A stretch of DNA of 64,000 nucleotides, taken from NCBI GenBank assembly GCA_900550145.1, contig URRF01000002.1:5228-69227 (forward strand). Direction: 5' to 3'. This stretch comes from an uncultured Mollicutes bacterium. GTDB taxonomy: Bacteria; Bacillota_I; Bacilli_A; RF39; UBA660. The position numbers and the translations under genes are program-made. The notes under the pieces were generated by a model, which made no database searches, was not told the origin of the DNA, and was given only the letters and a program-made list of their open reading frames with translations. Positions 47,911-59,576 of the stretch are shown here, piece after piece (the first letter of the stretch is position 1; the number at the start of each line of letters is the position of its first letter).

Positions 47911-48711
47911 TTACTTTTTAACACTACAAAAGAATATATGGTAAACAATTTTTATCCAACCGTTAATAGATTCCATAGCACCATTTTCAGTTGGAGAACC
48001 TGGCTTAGAAACAGAATGTATGATATTATATAGGTATAAAGATTCATTGAAACTTTTAGAGCAGTACACGGAACCTTGGTCTGAGTGGATGATCATTTCA
48101 AGGTCTGTGTACTTTTTATTTTTTTCTTCAATAAGCATAGACATAGCAATAAGATAAGCATCAGGATTGCCTTTTTTATTTGATAAATAGTAAGCAACTA
48201 TTTCGTTATTAAATAAGTCCATATAAAGTGTAAGCTCATAATAATGTTTATTTGCCAAAAAAGCAGTCATATCAGTAACAATAAGCTGAAAAGGCCTTAA
48301 AGGATTTAATTCAGCTAAAATGTAATTAAGAAAGTTTTTAAGCTCACGATTTACTTTTTTACCAAACCTTTTAAAATGTTTAGAAGCAGATTTAATATTA
48401 AGAAATTTACATATTTTGTGAGCATAATTATCAGAGTAAACGATACCGTTATCTAATCTAATTTTAGCATTTAACCAGCGATAGCCATGAGAAGGATATC
48501 TCTTATGATATTCCTCAAATTCTCTGCAAGCATAAGATCTACTTAATTCTCTTTGAGAAGGATTGTTTCTTCTACCTAACCATTTATAAAAACCAGAACG
48601 GTTAATACTCATTTCTTTACACAAAGCATTGATAGAATATTTATTAGATAATTCCAAAATTACTTCATATTTTTTTTGGAGGAAGTAACGAATACCTTTT
48701 TTCCGTACCAC
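47911..48711 (-). CDS. IS3-family transposase OrfB (DDE integrase core)
   Basis: HTH (SINALCKEMSINRSGFYKW); DDE residues in IVTDMT, HSDQGSVY, ESINGWIK. Confidence 0.85.
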   Translation of the reverse strand: MVRKKGIRYFLQKKYEVILELSNKYSINALCKEMSINRSGFYKWLGRRNNPSQRELSRSYACREFEEYHKRYPSHGYRWLNAKIRLDNGIVYSDNYAHKICKFLNIKSASKHFKRFGKKVNRELKNFLNYILAELNPLRPFQLIVTDMTAFLANKHYYELTLYMDLFNNEIVAYYLSNKKGNPDAYLIAMSMLIEEKNKKYTDLEMIIHSDQGSVYCSKSFNESLYLYNIIHSVSKPGSPTENGAMESINGWIKIVYHIFFCSVKK

Positions 48712-48846
48712 CTCCTTTCACAGTGTAAGCTTTTTTTAATCTAGCAATCTCAATATCCTTTTTCATAATAATATTTTTAAGTTCATCTTTGTTAAGGTCG
48801 TCATAATTAATATCATTGTCATTATTAACAGGATTAAAATCATAAA

Positions 48847-49113
48847 CTATTTCAGTGACATGGTCAAACAGTGAGGATTTTTATTGTAAGAAGTAATCCA
48901 TTTTTCTAATATTTTAATAGGGATATTATATTCATTAGCAGTTTTCAATGTTGAAAAATGATTAATGCAAATATTTTCACAAATTTTCTTTTTAAGTTCA
49001 CGACTATGTAGCATATTTAATTCCTCCTTATTGTCTAAAAATGCAGTATTTTCTTGCATAAATTGTCCACTATTTATTTTTTTATTCTTCTCTTTATAAT
49101 TTTCTTTAGACAT
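48847..49113 (-). CDS. IS3-family OrfA, N-terminal part (reading frame shifts near 48850-48870)
   Basis: The expected OrfA C-terminal leucine-zipper region (…DDLNKDELKNIIMKKDIEIARLKKAYTVKGGG) is found in another frame between 48712 and 48846. Confidence 0.55.
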   Translation of the reverse strand: MSKENYKEKNKKINSGQFMQENTAFLDNKEELNMLHSRELKKKICENICINHFSTLKTANEYNIPIKILEKWITSYNKNPHCLTMSLK

Positions 49114-49234
49114 ATATATATTACACCTTTCTTTATTTTACTTATAATAAGTGTAATATTTTTATATGTCCTTTTCAATGTAACTTTGTTGCACTTCAGA
49201 AAAAAATTTTCCATTTTTTAAAAATTTGACAAAA

Positions 49235-49263
49235 CATAATAAAAATGCTAGAATATGACCTAA
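49235..49263 (+). promoter_or_regulatory. sigma-A type promoter for the acyl-CoA synthetase gene
   Basis: TTGACA, 17-nt spacer, TAGAAT. Confidence 0.5.
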
Positions 49264-49280
49264 AAAAAGGGGGATTTTAA

Positions 49281-51146
49281 ATGAATACTAAAGATTTAAA
49301 ATTATTAAAACAAAAGTTACAAACATTAAATGAATTAGAAACAAAAGAAAGAGATAAATATTTAAGAGATATTGCACTAGGAAAAATATATGGACCACAA
49401 ACAAATTATCCATCAATCGATAAATCATGGTTAAAATATTATCCAGAATCTGCTATTGATGAAGAAATACCACAAATGAAAGCATATGACTATGTACATG
49501 AGAATAATAAACATAATTTAGATGATATTTGTTTATCATATTTAGGTAATAATATACCTTATAAAGAATTATTTAAAAATATAGAAATGGTTGCTAAATC
49601 ATTTAAAGAATTAGGCATTAAAAAAGGCGATATTGTTACTATGGCAATGGCAACAACACCTGAAATGGTATATATTTTATATGCTTTAAATAGAATAGGT
49701 GCATGTGTTAATGCAATAGATCCAAGATTAAAACAAGAGGAAATAAAACAAAAAATAAATGATTCAAAATCAAAAATGTTTATTGGATTAGACATGGCTG
49801 TAGAAAAAATATATGATATAAAAGATGAAACTACTATAAAAGAAATTGTTAGTGTTTCTCCATTCCAATCCGCATCACCAATAATAAAGCTTTTAACAAA
49901 ATTTAAAAGAAATAAAAGAAATGATATTAAATCATGGGATGAGTTTATATTAAATGGCCAAAAATATAATGGATTAATAGATGAAAAGTTTACTACTAAT
50001 GAGCCAGTAATTATTTTATATACAGGTGGAACTACAGGGGAACCAAAAGGAGTTACATTAACAAATGAAAATTTAAATACAATGGCTATGACACAAATAA
50101 TTTCAGAATTTAATTTAAAAAGACAAGATTTATTTTTAAATTTTTTGCCACCATTTTCTGCATATTCAATTGTTAATGCGATTCATGATCCATTGGTTCT
50201 TGGCTTTAAAACAATATTAGTACCAAAGTTTGAAGCAAAAGATTTCCCTAGATTAATGGCAAAATATAAGCCAAACCACGTTCTAAGTGGCCCTATTTTA
50301 TGGGAATACATGATGAAAGATAAAAAGTATTCTAATACAGATTTATCTAATTTAAAATCACCAATTTCAGGTGGTGATGCATTATCTGTTGAAAAAGAAA
50401 CAGAAATAAATAAATATCTAAAAGATAGAGGATGTAAGTATAAATTACAACAAGGTTATGGAATGACCGAAGTTTCTGCAGCAGCATGTTATTCTATGGA
50501 AAAATCTTATTCACTTGGAAGTGTTGGAATTCCTTACGTAAAAAATAATGTTGCTATTGTAGATTCAGATAATGAACTAGAAACAAATCAAATTGGAGAA
50601 ATAAAAATATCCACACCAACTATGATGAAGGGATATTATAATAACGAAAGGGCTACAAATGAAATCATAAAAGTTGGTTTAGATGGAAAAAGATGGATTG
50701 AAACAGGAGATTTAGGTTATATTGACAAATCAGGAAGAGTTTATGTTATTGGAAGAAAAAAACGTATGATTGTTAGATCAGGTAATAAATTATTTCCAAG
50801 TAATATAGAAAACCTATTAGTTTCTATGCAAGAAATATCACAGTGTTCTATAGTTGGAATGCCAGATGAAAAAGAAAAAACTGTTCCAGTCGCACATATT
50901 GTATTATCTGATAATTGTAAAAATATATCAAAAGAAAATCTAAAAGAACAAATAGAAAAATTAATTTCTAGTAGTTTTCCAGAATTTAATATTCCAAAAA
51001 AATATATTTTTAGAGATGAATTACCTTTAACAGGTATGTCAAAAATAGATTTCAAACAATTAGAATTAGAAAGCTTAGAATTTATTGATAATAAAAGTGA
51101 TTTAATTGTTTTGAATGAAGAAGAAAAAAATTTAATTAAAAAATAA
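49281..51146 (+). CDS. AMP-forming acyl-CoA synthetase / fatty-acid CoA ligase family enzyme
   Basis: AMP-binding motif ILYTGGTTGEPKGV; GYGMTE; C-terminal lid domain; 621 aa. Confidence 0.8.
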   Translation: MNTKDLKLLKQKLQTLNELETKERDKYLRDIALGKIYGPQTNYPSIDKSWLKYYPESAIDEEIPQMKAYDYVHENNKHNLDDICLSYLGNNIPYKELFKNIEMVAKSFKELGIKKGDIVTMAMATTPEMVYILYALNRIGACVNAIDPRLKQEEIKQKINDSKSKMFIGLDMAVEKIYDIKDETTIKEIVSVSPFQSASPIIKLLTKFKRNKRNDIKSWDEFILNGQKYNGLIDEKFTTNEPVIILYTGGTTGEPKGVTLTNENLNTMAMTQIISEFNLKRQDLFLNFLPPFSAYSIVNAIHDPLVLGFKTILVPKFEAKDFPRLMAKYKPNHVLSGPILWEYMMKDKKYSNTDLSNLKSPISGGDALSVEKETEINKYLKDRGCKYKLQQGYGMTEVSAAACYSMEKSYSLGSVGIPYVKNNVAIVDSDNELETNQIGEIKISTPTMMKGYYNNERATNEIIKVGLDGKRWIETGDLGYIDKSGRVYVIGRKKRMIVRSGNKLFPSNIENLLVSMQEISQCSIVGMPDEKEKTVPVAHIVLSDNCKNISKENLKEQIEKLISSSFPEFNIPKKYIFRDELPLTGMSKIDFKQLELESLEFIDNKSDLIVLNEEEKNLIKK

Positions 51147-51201
51147 GGATTATATTTTATAAAATATAGTCCTTTTGTGATATACTTATGTAGGTGGTAG
51201 T

Positions 51202-53403
51202 ATGTCAGAACAAAATATAGTTGTATCAATAATTTCTTTAATAAACATTATAATATTAATGTTTGTTTTCTTTGGTAAAGAACATATAAAAACTGTTGAA
51301 ACAAATCTTTATCAAGCATTACTTGTAAATAGTTTTATTACACCAGTTTTAGAAATCATATGTTACTTTACTGTAAAATTTGGATTAAAACATTTTTCAT
51401 TTACATATGCAATATTAAATAAATTAATATTAATATCATATGTAACATGGATATTGTTATTTTTGCTTTACGTTATAACAATTCTTTTAAATATTTCAAA
51501 ACAAAAATTCAGAAAATTCTTATATATATACTTAGGAATTGGTTTACTAATAATAACTCTAATTATAATAAACAAATTAGAATTTAAAACAATAGATAAC
51601 CTAATAATACCTAGTGGTTTACCATCAGTAATTGTATACTTAACAGCTGGAATATCAGATTTTATAATGATTATATTACTATTATTTAATATAAAAAAAG
51701 CAACAAGTAAAAAACTAATACCATTATACACTATGTTAGCTTTTGGTATTATGGCAATGATATTTCAAAGCACAAATCCACAATACTTTTTACTTACATC
51801 AGTATTAATTTATACAACTATTATTATGTATTTCACAATAGAAAATCCAGATTTAAAAATGATAAGTGAATTAAATATGGCAAAAGAACACGCAGAAAAA
51901 GCAAATAGAGCAAAAAGCGATTTTTTAAGTAGTATGAGTCATGAAATAAGGACACCACTTAATGCAATAGTCGGGTTATCAGAAGATATAGAAGGAAGAG
52001 AAGATTGCCCTAATTCTATTAAAGATGATTTAAGTGATATTGTATCCGCATCACATACACTTCTTGAAATAGTTGGTAATATAATGGATATTAATAAGAT
52101 TGAAAGCAATAAAGTAGAAATAATTGAAATACCTTATGATTTCAAAACAGAACTTGAAACCTTATGTAGAGTAAATAAGATAAGAATTAAAGATAAACCA
52201 ATTGATTTTAGCGTAGATATCGCACCAGATATACCATATGAATTATTAGGAGATAAACCACATATTAAACAAATTATTAACAACCTAGTTTCTAATGCTA
52301 TAAAATATACAAATAGTGGGTTTGTAAAAGTAAGTGCAAAATGCATAAATAAAGATAATATATCAACAATAATACTTACTGTACATGATTCAGGAATTGG
52401 TATCAAAGAAGAAAATATAAAAAAATTATTTACTAAATTTGAACGATTAGATGTAGAAAAAAATACAACAACAGAAGGTACAGGACTAGGACTTGCAATA
52501 ACTAAAAAATTAGTTGAACTTATGGGTGGGAAAATAAATGTGTCATCACAATATGGAAGTGGTTCTATATTTATGGTTACTATTCCACAGAAAATAAGTA
52601 AAATTAATGAGGAATTAACAAATACGCAAAAATTAAATTTAGGAATAAATGTTAAGAATGTAGATTGTAGTAATAAATCTATTCTGGTTGTTGATGATAA
52701 CAAATTAAATATAAAAGTAGCAAGAAGAAGTATAGAAGCACTTGGGTTTAAAAATATAGATGAATGTTATAATGGACAAGAATGTTTAGACAAAATAAAA
52801 AATGGTAATTACTATGATGTGATTCTTATGGATATAATGATGCCTATTATGAATGGAGAAAAATGTATACAAGAATTAAAACAGATACCTAATTTTGATA
52901 CACCAGTTATTGCACTTACAGCAGATGCAGTAGCTGGTTCAGAAGAAAAATATAAGTCCGAAGGATTTATAGATTACATAGCAAAACCATTTAGTAAAGA
53001 CCAAATAAAAGAAAAACTGGATAACATATTAACAAATCAAACTCCTACTAACGAAAAATACTTAGAAGAAAATAACATAGATTATAAAAAAGGAATAGAA
53101 TTATTCGGAAGTATAGAAATGTATAAAGAAATGTTAAAAGAATGGTATAAAACAATAAATAACAAATGGGAAAAAATAGTTACATATAAAAATAATAAAG
53201 ATATGACTAACTATAGTATAGAAGTGCATTCATTAAAAAGTGATTCAAAATATTTTGGATTTACTAAATTAATAGAATTATCATTAAATCATGAACTAAA
53301 AAGTAAAGAGAATGATATAGAATATGTAAATAATAATTTTAATGAGTTAGAGATTGAATATAGGAGAATTATGAATATAGTAAATAACTATTTAAATAAA
53401 TGA
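51202..53403 (+). CDS. hybrid sensor histidine kinase (multi-TM sensor, HisKA, HATPase, REC, HPt)
   Basis: About 6 N-terminal TM helices; H-box [11 protein letters not shown]; G-boxes [18 protein letters not shown]; [13 protein letters not shown]...[10 protein letters not shown]; C-terminal HPt (HSLKSD). Confidence 0.85.
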   Translation: MSEQNIVVSIISLINIIILMFVFFGKEHIKTVETNLYQALLVNSFITPVLEIICYFTVKFGLKHFSFTYAILNKLILISYVTWILLFLLYVITILLNISKQKFRKFLYIYLGIGLLIITLIIINKLEFKTIDNLIIPSGLPSVIVYLTAGISDFIMIILLLFNIKKATSKKLIPLYTMLAFGIMAMIFQSTNPQYFLLTSVLIYTTIIMYFTIENPDLKMISELNMAKEHAEKANRAKSDFLSSMSHEIRTPLNAIVGLSEDIEGREDCPNSIKDDLSDIVSASHTLLEIVGNIMDINKIESNKVEIIEIPYDFKTELETLCRVNKIRIKDKPIDFSVDIAPDIPYELLGDKPHIKQIINNLVSNAIKYTNSGFVKVSAKCINKDNISTIILTVHDSGIGIKEENIKKLFTKFERLDVEKNTTTEGTGLGLAITKKLVELMGGKINVSSQYGSGSIFMVTIPQKISKINEELTNTQKLNLGINVKNVDCSNKSILVVDDNKLNIKVARRSIEALGFKNIDECYNGQECLDKIKNGNYYDVILMDIMMPIMNGEKCIQELKQIPNFDTPVIALTADAVAGSEEKYKSEGFIDYIAKPFSKDQIKEKLDNILTNQTPTNEKYLEENNIDYKKGIELFGSIEMYKEMLKEWYKTINNKWEKIVTYKNNKDMTNYSIEVHSLKSDSKYFGFTKLIELSLNHELKSKENDIEYVNNNFNELEIEYRRIMNIVNNYLNK

Positions 53404-53440
53404 AGTGATAAAGTAATTTTTTTGTTGAATTGAAATAAAA
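53300..53440. repeat. direct repeat copy A (3' end of hybrid kinase 1 plus about 37 nt downstream)
   Basis: About 140 bp, about 98% identical to 61627-61768. Confidence 0.8.
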
Positions 53441-53475
53441 TTATAAATTAAAATTAAAAATTTCTTTTTTGTTTT

Positions 53476-53503
53476 TTGACAAATATATAAAAATATGTAT
53501 AAT
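53476..53503 (+). promoter_or_regulatory. sigma-A type promoter for the acyltransferase gene
   Basis: TTGACA, 16-nt spacer, TG-TATAAT. Confidence 0.55.
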
Positions 53504-53511
53504 ACATATCA

Positions 53512-54411
53512 ATGAAAGGGGATTTTTATATGAATAAAGAAGAATTAATTATTTATCTAAAAAACAAAAGAGAAACATTATTAGGTATAAAATTTAGAAA
53601 TATAATTCATCCAATACTTTTAAAAATTATGGAAAAAATGAGAAATTATAAATTAGAACCTAGATTAGATACAGAAAAAAATTTAGAATTATTAAGAGAA
53701 GAACTAAAAAATGGACCTGTTATTTATGCTTTTAATCATTCTAACATGCATGATGTTCCAACAGCAGGAGAAATTATAAAGGAACATAGTTATTTACTTG
53801 CAAGTGATGAAATAAGAGGAAAAATACCCGGAATGTTATTTGAATTAATGGGTGTTGTATGGACAAATAGATTTAAAGAACCATCAAAACACACTGAATT
53901 ATCACCTTTTGATCATATGTTAAAATTATTAAATGAAGGAGAATCAATAAAAACATTTCCAGAAAGAACATGGAATTTAAGCGAAAATTCATTAGTATAT
54001 CCATTTAAATGGGGAAATGTTAAAATGGCACAATGTAGTGGTAGACCTATTATACCAATAGTTATGGAATATGATTATAAGAACAATATATGCAACTATA
54101 GTATCGGTGAACCAATTCATGTTAAAAAAACAGATGATTTAGAAGAAACTAATAATAAATTAAGAGATGCACTTGCAACAATGAGATATAAAATAATTGA
54201 AACTAAGGGAATTTATGATAGAGAAACAGCTAAAAAAGAGTTTGATGAATATAAAAAACAAGTATTAGAAGAATTTCCTTTTGATGAAGAAATGGAAAAA
54301 ACAACAATTTATAGAAGATATGCTACAAATGAAGAAGTATTTGCACATCTTAACAATATTCGTCCTAATTTAGATAATGCATATTTATTTGGAAAAAGAA
54401 AAACGAAATAA
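53512..54411 (+). CDS. PlsC-like (lysophospholipid) acyltransferase
   Basis: H(X)4D motif FNHSNMHD; FPERT (FPEGTR-like) motif. Confidence 0.65.
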   Translation: MKGDFYMNKEELIIYLKNKRETLLGIKFRNIIHPILLKIMEKMRNYKLEPRLDTEKNLELLREELKNGPVIYAFNHSNMHDVPTAGEIIKEHSYLLASDEIRGKIPGMLFELMGVVWTNRFKEPSKHTELSPFDHMLKLLNEGESIKTFPERTWNLSENSLVYPFKWGNVKMAQCSGRPIIPIVMEYDYKNNICNYSIGEPIHVKKTDDLEETNNKLRDALATMRYKIIETKGIYDRETAKKEFDEYKKQVLEEFPFDEEMEKTTIYRRYATNEEVFAHLNNIRPNLDNAYLFGKRKTK

Positions 54412-54494
54412 CTACTTATAACTTTTTAAGTAGTTTTTATCTTGTTCTTTAAAAAAACATTGATATAATAAAAAAAAGATAGGAGTGATTAAAA

Positions 54495-56750
54495 ATGAGC
54501 AATTTATATTTCCCAATATGTGCCTTATTTATCTCATCATTATTATTAATTATATTTTTTTCTAAAGAAAGAATAAATATTTTAGATACAAAGCTATTTT
54601 CATTTTTATTAATTGTTAATTTTCTTGATTCATTACTTAATACCATAATAATATATTTAGGTTATACCAAACCAACAGGAATTACTTTAATAAAAATTTT
54701 AAATAGAATTGATTTTCCTTTATATATTTTATGGGCATGGCTATTTTTCTTATATATTTTTCATATAAGTACAGAAAAGAAAAAAACTCATAATTTATTT
54801 AAAATTATATTTAATATTAGTTTAGTTATTAATATTATTGCTATTTTATTTTCTATAATTTTACCTTTTGAAATACAAAATTCAAATAATATTATGTATG
54901 CTTATGGAAATAGTGTAAATGTTTTATATATAATGTGTGGTATATATATGTTTCTAACTTTATTTTGTGTTTTATTAAATATAAAAAGATTATTAAATAA
55001 AAAATATGCACCCGTTTATGTATTAATATTGTTTGCATTTATCATTGGGTATATTAGATTAATTAATCCAAGCTTAATACTCATCTCGGCTGTTATCTCT
55101 TATATTAACTTAATTCTTTATTTTACAATAGAAAATCCAGATATGAAAATGATAAGTGAGTTAAATGTTGCTAAGAATAATGCAGAAAAAGCAAATAGGG
55201 CAAAGAGTGATTTTTTATCAAGTATGTCACATGAAATAAGGACACCACTTAATGCAATTGTAGGTTTATCAGAAGATATAAAAGAAAGAGGAACATGTCC
55301 TGATAATATGAAGGAAGATTTAAATGATATTGTTTCTGCTTCTCATACTTTACTTGAAATAGTAGGTAATATAATGGATATTAATAAAATAGAAAGTGAT
55401 AAGATTAAGATTACAGAAATGCCATATAATTTTAGGGAAGAATTAGAAACTTTATGTAGAGTAAATAAAGTAAGAATAGGTGATAAACAAATTGATTTTA
55501 GAGTAAATATCGCACCTGATATTCCATATGAGTTATTAGGAGATAAACCTCATATCAAACAAGTAATTAATAATCTTGTATCTAACGCGATTAAGTATAC
55601 TAATGAAGGATTTATAGAAGTAAACGCTAAATGTATAAATAAAGATAATATATCAACAATAATCCTTACTGTACAAGATTCAGGTATGGGTATTAAAGAA
55701 GAGAATATAAAAAAATTATTTACAAAGTTTGAAAGATTAGATGTAGAAAGAAATACTACTGCAGAAGGAACAGGACTAGGTCTTGCAATAACTAAGAAAT
55801 TAGTTGAATTAATGGGTGGTAAAATAAATGTATCATCACAATATGGAACTGGTTCAATGTTTATGGTACAAATACCACAAAAGATAAGTAAGATGAATAG
55901 TGATTTAACAAATACACAAAAATTAAATCTAGGTTTAAATATTAAAAATATAGATTGTAGTAATAAATCTATCCTTGTTGTTGATGATAATAAACTAAAT
56001 ATCAAGGTAGCAAGAAGAAACATAGAGGCACTAGGATTTAAAACAATAGATGAATGCTATAATGGTAGTGAATGTTTAGAAAAGATAAAAAATGGTAATA
56101 GGTATGATTTAATATTAATGGATATAATGATGCCTGTTATGAGTGGAGAAACTTGTATAAAAGAATTAAAACAAATACCTAATTTTAAAATACCAGTAAT
56201 TGCATTAACTGCGGATGCAATATCTGGTGCAGAAGAAAAATATAAATCTATTGGATTTATTGACTATTTATCAAAACCATTTACTAAAGACCAAATAAAA
56301 GAAAAAATATCAAATTTATTTGATACTTCGGAACATGTTAATGTGAATGTAGAGGTACGTGCAGAGAATACTGAAGTTATATCAAGTGATAATTCTAAGG
56401 AAGATTATTTGAAAGAAAATAATATAGATTATAATAAGGGAATAGAATTATTTGGTAGTATGGATATGTATAATAGTATGTTATCTGATTGGTATAAAGG
56501 AATAAATGATAAATGGAATAAGATAATTAGTTATAAGAATAATAATGATATGACTAATTATGCAATAGAAGTACACTCATTAAAAAGTGACGCTAAATAC
56601 TTTGGATTTACTAAGTTAGCAGAGTTATCATTAAATCATGAATTAAAAAGTAAAGATAATGATATAGATTATGTTAATAGTAATTTTAGTGAGTTAGAGT
56701 TAGAATATAAAAGAATTCTAAATATAGTAGATAATTATTTAAATAAGTAA
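54495..56750 (+). CDS. hybrid sensor histidine kinase, paralog of 51202-53403
   Basis: Same domain order. HisKA through HPt is strongly similar to kinase 1. The N-terminal TM sensor is more diverged. Confidence 0.85.
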   Translation: MSNLYFPICALFISSLLLIIFFSKERINILDTKLFSFLLIVNFLDSLLNTIIIYLGYTKPTGITLIKILNRIDFPLYILWAWLFFLYIFHISTEKKKTHNLFKIIFNISLVINIIAILFSIILPFEIQNSNNIMYAYGNSVNVLYIMCGIYMFLTLFCVLLNIKRLLNKKYAPVYVLILFAFIIGYIRLINPSLILISAVISYINLILYFTIENPDMKMISELNVAKNNAEKANRAKSDFLSSMSHEIRTPLNAIVGLSEDIKERGTCPDNMKEDLNDIVSASHTLLEIVGNIMDINKIESDKIKITEMPYNFREELETLCRVNKVRIGDKQIDFRVNIAPDIPYELLGDKPHIKQVINNLVSNAIKYTNEGFIEVNAKCINKDNISTIILTVQDSGMGIKEENIKKLFTKFERLDVERNTTAEGTGLGLAITKKLVELMGGKINVSSQYGTGSMFMVQIPQKISKMNSDLTNTQKLNLGLNIKNIDCSNKSILVVDDNKLNIKVARRNIEALGFKTIDECYNGSECLEKIKNGNRYDLILMDIMMPVMSGETCIKELKQIPNFKIPVIALTADAISGAEEKYKSIGFIDYLSKPFTKDQIKEKISNLFDTSEHVNVNVEVRAENTEVISSDNSKEDYLKENNIDYNKGIELFGSMDMYNSMLSDWYKGINDKWNKIISYKNNNDMTNYAIEVHSLKSDAKYFGFTKLAELSLNHELKSKDNDIDYVNSNFSELELEYKRILNIVDNYLNK

Positions 56751-56780
56751 AGGTATACTTTTTAAGGTATGCCTTTTTAA
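56748..56780 (+). terminator. rho-independent terminator of hybrid kinase 2
   Basis: AAAGGTATAC-tttttaag-GTATGCCTTT (10 bp with one G-U pair) plus TTTTT. Confidence 0.6.
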
Positions 56781-56864
56781 TTATTTTTAAAAATTTATTA
56801 AATTGTTGTTGACAAAATTATTTAGAGATGATACGTTAAACTCAAATTAATTAAGAGGTTTTGT

Positions 56865-56987
56865 ATGAATAGGTTAAACATTGATAAAATTAACAAATGG
56901 AAAATGAAAGGTTTTATAAAAGAAATTTATCTTTTTTGCGCTCTTAGTCTGCTGTTTGTACAAAATAATAAGGAAATTGGTGTCTAA
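56865..56987 (+). CDS. 40-codon small ORF with RBS, followed by a hairpin plus T8 (possible leader or small hydrophobic peptide)
   Basis: aagagg RBS; MNRLNIDKINKWKMKGFIKEIYLFCALSLLFVQNNKEIGV. The hairpin TTTGCATT-tag-AATGCCAA plus T8 lies at 56991-57028. Confidence 0.25.
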   Translation: MNRLNIDKINKWKMKGFIKEIYLFCALSLLFVQNNKEIGV

Positions 56988-57075
56988 AAATGTTTTGCAT
57001 TTAGAATGCCAATTTTTTTTGATTTTTATAAGAGAAACACAAAAATTTAATTGAATTAAATAGGGGATAACAAAA

Positions 57076-58494
57076 ATGAAAAAAAATATAATGATGGTAG
57101 GTGTAGGTCCACACGCTAAAAGAATATACTTTAATTATTTTAAAAATCATAATATATGCCCTAAAATTATTGTAGATTTAGAATCGAATGAAGTTGAAAT
57201 AAAAAACTATTTAAAAATAAATGGATATGTAAATACTGTACTATGGTTATTGCCTGATAAATATAAAGATTATGAAAGAATGCCATCGAAACAATATAAT
57301 GAATTGTTGAATTTATGTAGAAAACATAAAATAAATTATATAATATCTTCAACAGAACCAAAAGCACATAACATGTATCTTTTGTTTGCACTTGAAAACA
57401 ATATTAATATATTATCCGACAAACCAATTACTGTTGTTAAAGGTATGAATTGTAAAAAAAATATTGCAAAAGTAAAAAAACAATATTATGACTTATTAAG
57501 TATTTATAATAGTGATAAATGCAAATGTAACATTATGTGTCAACGTCAATATCATAAGGGTTATATTTATATAAAGCAACTATTAAAAGAAATAGTTTCT
57601 AAATATGGTATTCCAATAACATATATAGATATTTACCATTGCGATGGAAATTGGGAAATGTTACACGATTTAGAAAAAGAGAATCATCCATATAAATATG
57701 GGTATGGTAAGTTATATCATAGTGGGTATCATTTTATTGATTTATTGGCAGAATTAATAAAATTGAATGATACGATTGATGAAAGCAAAAAAATTACAAA
57801 GTGTAAAATATATGGAGATACATTTACACCAAATGATGAAAAAATGGTTTTTAGTAAAGCTGATTATATAAATATATTTGGTTTAGATGCATCAAAAGAA
57901 GTATTAGAGGTTGAAGATAAGAATTATAATGAGTATGGAGAAAAAAATTTCTATGGTAATTTGAATTTTTACAATAAAACAGGCGAAATGATAACAAAAG
58001 CAAATATTAATCTTTTACATTATGGTTTTTCAAGGAGGGGATGGATTAAATCAAAGGATTATTATAAAAACAATGGTAGAATTAGGCATGAAAGAATAAA
58101 TATTCATGTAGGACCACTAATGAACATACAAATACATAGTTATCAATCTAAAGAGATTAAGGATAGGACAAATTCAATAAATGAAATTATGACTGGTGGT
58201 TTAGAGCATTTTGATATTGATATTTATCGAAATGTTGATTTAATTGGTGGTGTACCTTTTCAAAGGATAAAGTTAATGGATTTATATAATGATGATGTTT
58301 TAAAGAACAAATTTATTGGTTATAACGAATATAGTAGAGAAGAATTTATTAGTTCTTTTTTGAACGATAAAAAAACAAAAAGTGATCTTAAAAGTCATAA
58401 ATTAGCAATGGATATTTTAATAAATGCCTCATTAGTATCTATAAAAAAAGCCAAAGTTATAAAATTTGATGTCGTGAATTATATGGGAGAATGA
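57076..58494 (+). CDS. Gfo/Idh/MocA-like NAD(P)-dependent oxidoreductase N-terminal domain with long C-terminal region
   Basis: IMMVGVGPHAKRIY Rossmann start; EPKAHNMYLLFALENNINILSDKPIT resembles the EKP motif region. Confidence 0.4.
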   Translation: MKKNIMMVGVGPHAKRIYFNYFKNHNICPKIIVDLESNEVEIKNYLKINGYVNTVLWLLPDKYKDYERMPSKQYNELLNLCRKHKINYIISSTEPKAHNMYLLFALENNINILSDKPITVVKGMNCKKNIAKVKKQYYDLLSIYNSDKCKCNIMCQRQYHKGYIYIKQLLKEIVSKYGIPITYIDIYHCDGNWEMLHDLEKENHPYKYGYGKLYHSGYHFIDLLAELIKLNDTIDESKKITKCKIYGDTFTPNDEKMVFSKADYINIFGLDASKEVLEVEDKNYNEYGEKNFYGNLNFYNKTGEMITKANINLLHYGFSRRGWIKSKDYYKNNGRIRHERINIHVGPLMNIQIHSYQSKEIKDRTNSINEIMTGGLEHFDIDIYRNVDLIGGVPFQRIKLMDLYNDDVLKNKFIGYNEYSREEFISSFLNDKKTKSDLKSHKLAMDILINASLVSIKKAKVIKFDVVNYMGE

Positions 58495-59576
58495 TTATGA
58501 AGTTGATAGCAGAAATAAATGGTGATAAAAATTTCAATTTAAGTAAAAATAAATTAAACTCAACAGCATCAATAGTTTTTATTGTATTTAATGGACTTGG
58601 TGAAATAGGTTTAATAAAAGAAATAAATTTACATTTACCTAATATTGAAGTTGAAAATAACTATAATGAAAGTACTATTTTGGAGTGCTTTGAAAAAAAA
58701 TATAATATAAGGATAGACATAATAAGTGAAATTGGGCAAATAAGAGAAAAAAATAATAATAAAATTTTAAATTCAGATGTCTATCTTGCAAAATATGATT
58801 GTGATGATAAAAATGAATCAAAACTACATTGGAAATCATTAAGTAATATTAATGTTGACTTAAAATGTTTAATTAAACCTAGAGATATTGAAATATTAAA
58901 ATATTTTCAAAGCAGTGATAATGATGTGTGGTATAAATTGTATAGCAAATATATAGATAAAGATTTTAAAAATTGGAATCATTATTATATAACTAAGATG
59001 AAATTAAAAAGAAAATTTAATAAGCAAGTTATTAAACATTATGATAAAAGGAAGCCAGTTCTTGAATGTGGATGTGGTTTCGGTAAAACTTCAATTTTTT
59101 ATGCATCATTAGGAATGAATTCATATGCGATGGATTTAGAACAAACAATGGTTGATAAAACAAAAGAACTTTCAAGAAAGATAAATAAAAATAATGAAGT
59201 AAAATGTTTATGCGGTGATATATTTAATATACCATTTAAAGATAAATTTTTTAGTGTTACACATAGTAGTGGTGTTTTAGAGCACTTTCAAGATGATGAA
59301 ATTGTTAAAATAATTAATGAAGAATTGAGAGTTTCGGATTATATGGTTTTTAGTGTTCCAACAAAATACTTTGAGAAAAAAATGTTGGGAAATGAAAGAT
59401 TTATGTCAAAAAAAGAATGGAAAAAAATAATAAGTAGATGCAATGCAAAGATAGTAAAAATAACTGGATATCATTATAAAACATTTATAAATAGGATGCT
59501 TGATTGCATAAAAAAACCAAGGTATTTTTTGAAACCTATTGCAATGTATACATTTGTTATAAAGGAGGATAAGTAA
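58491..59576 (+). CDS. class I SAM-dependent methyltransferase with about 180-aa N-terminal extension
   Basis: Motif I VLECGCGFGKT; motif post-I AMDLE; LCGDIFNIPF. Confidence 0.6.
   Translation: MIMKLIAEINGDKNFNLSKNKLNSTASIVFIVFNGLGEIGLIKEINLHLPNIEVENNYNESTILECFEKKYNIRIDIISEIGQIREKNNNKILNSDVYLAKYDCDDKNESKLHWKSLSNINVDLKCLIKPRDIEILKYFQSSDNDVWYKLYSKYIDKDFKNWNHYYITKMKLKRKFNKQVIKHYDKRKPVLECGCGFGKTSIFYASLGMNSYAMDLEQTMVDKTKELSRKINKNNEVKCLCGDIFNIPFKDKFFSVTHSSGVLEHFQDDEIVKIINEELRVSDYMVFSVPTKYFEKKMLGNERFMSKKEWKKIISRCNAKIVKITGYHYKTFINRMLDCIKKPRYFLKPIAMYTFVIKEDK

Larger units (their letters stand above)
47883..49198 (-). mobile_element. IS3-family insertion sequence (approximate ends), orfA frameshifted
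   Basis: orfA and orfB on the minus strand. A6G slippery site (GGAAAAAAG) sits at the orfB start. Boundaries guessed from TGA...TCA ends. Inverted repeats not confidently identified. Confidence 0.55.

Noticed and set aside
47850-49200. Precise IS3 terminal inverted repeats
   Set aside because: Candidate ends (TGAGGAAAGATG... at 47883 and ...CAACAAAGTTGCACTTCA at 49198) match at only about 45% of positions. Boundaries are given as approximate.
53404-53440. Intrinsic terminator after hybrid kinase 1
   Set aside because: There is a T-run after the stop, but no convincing GC-containing stem precedes it. It was left uncalled.
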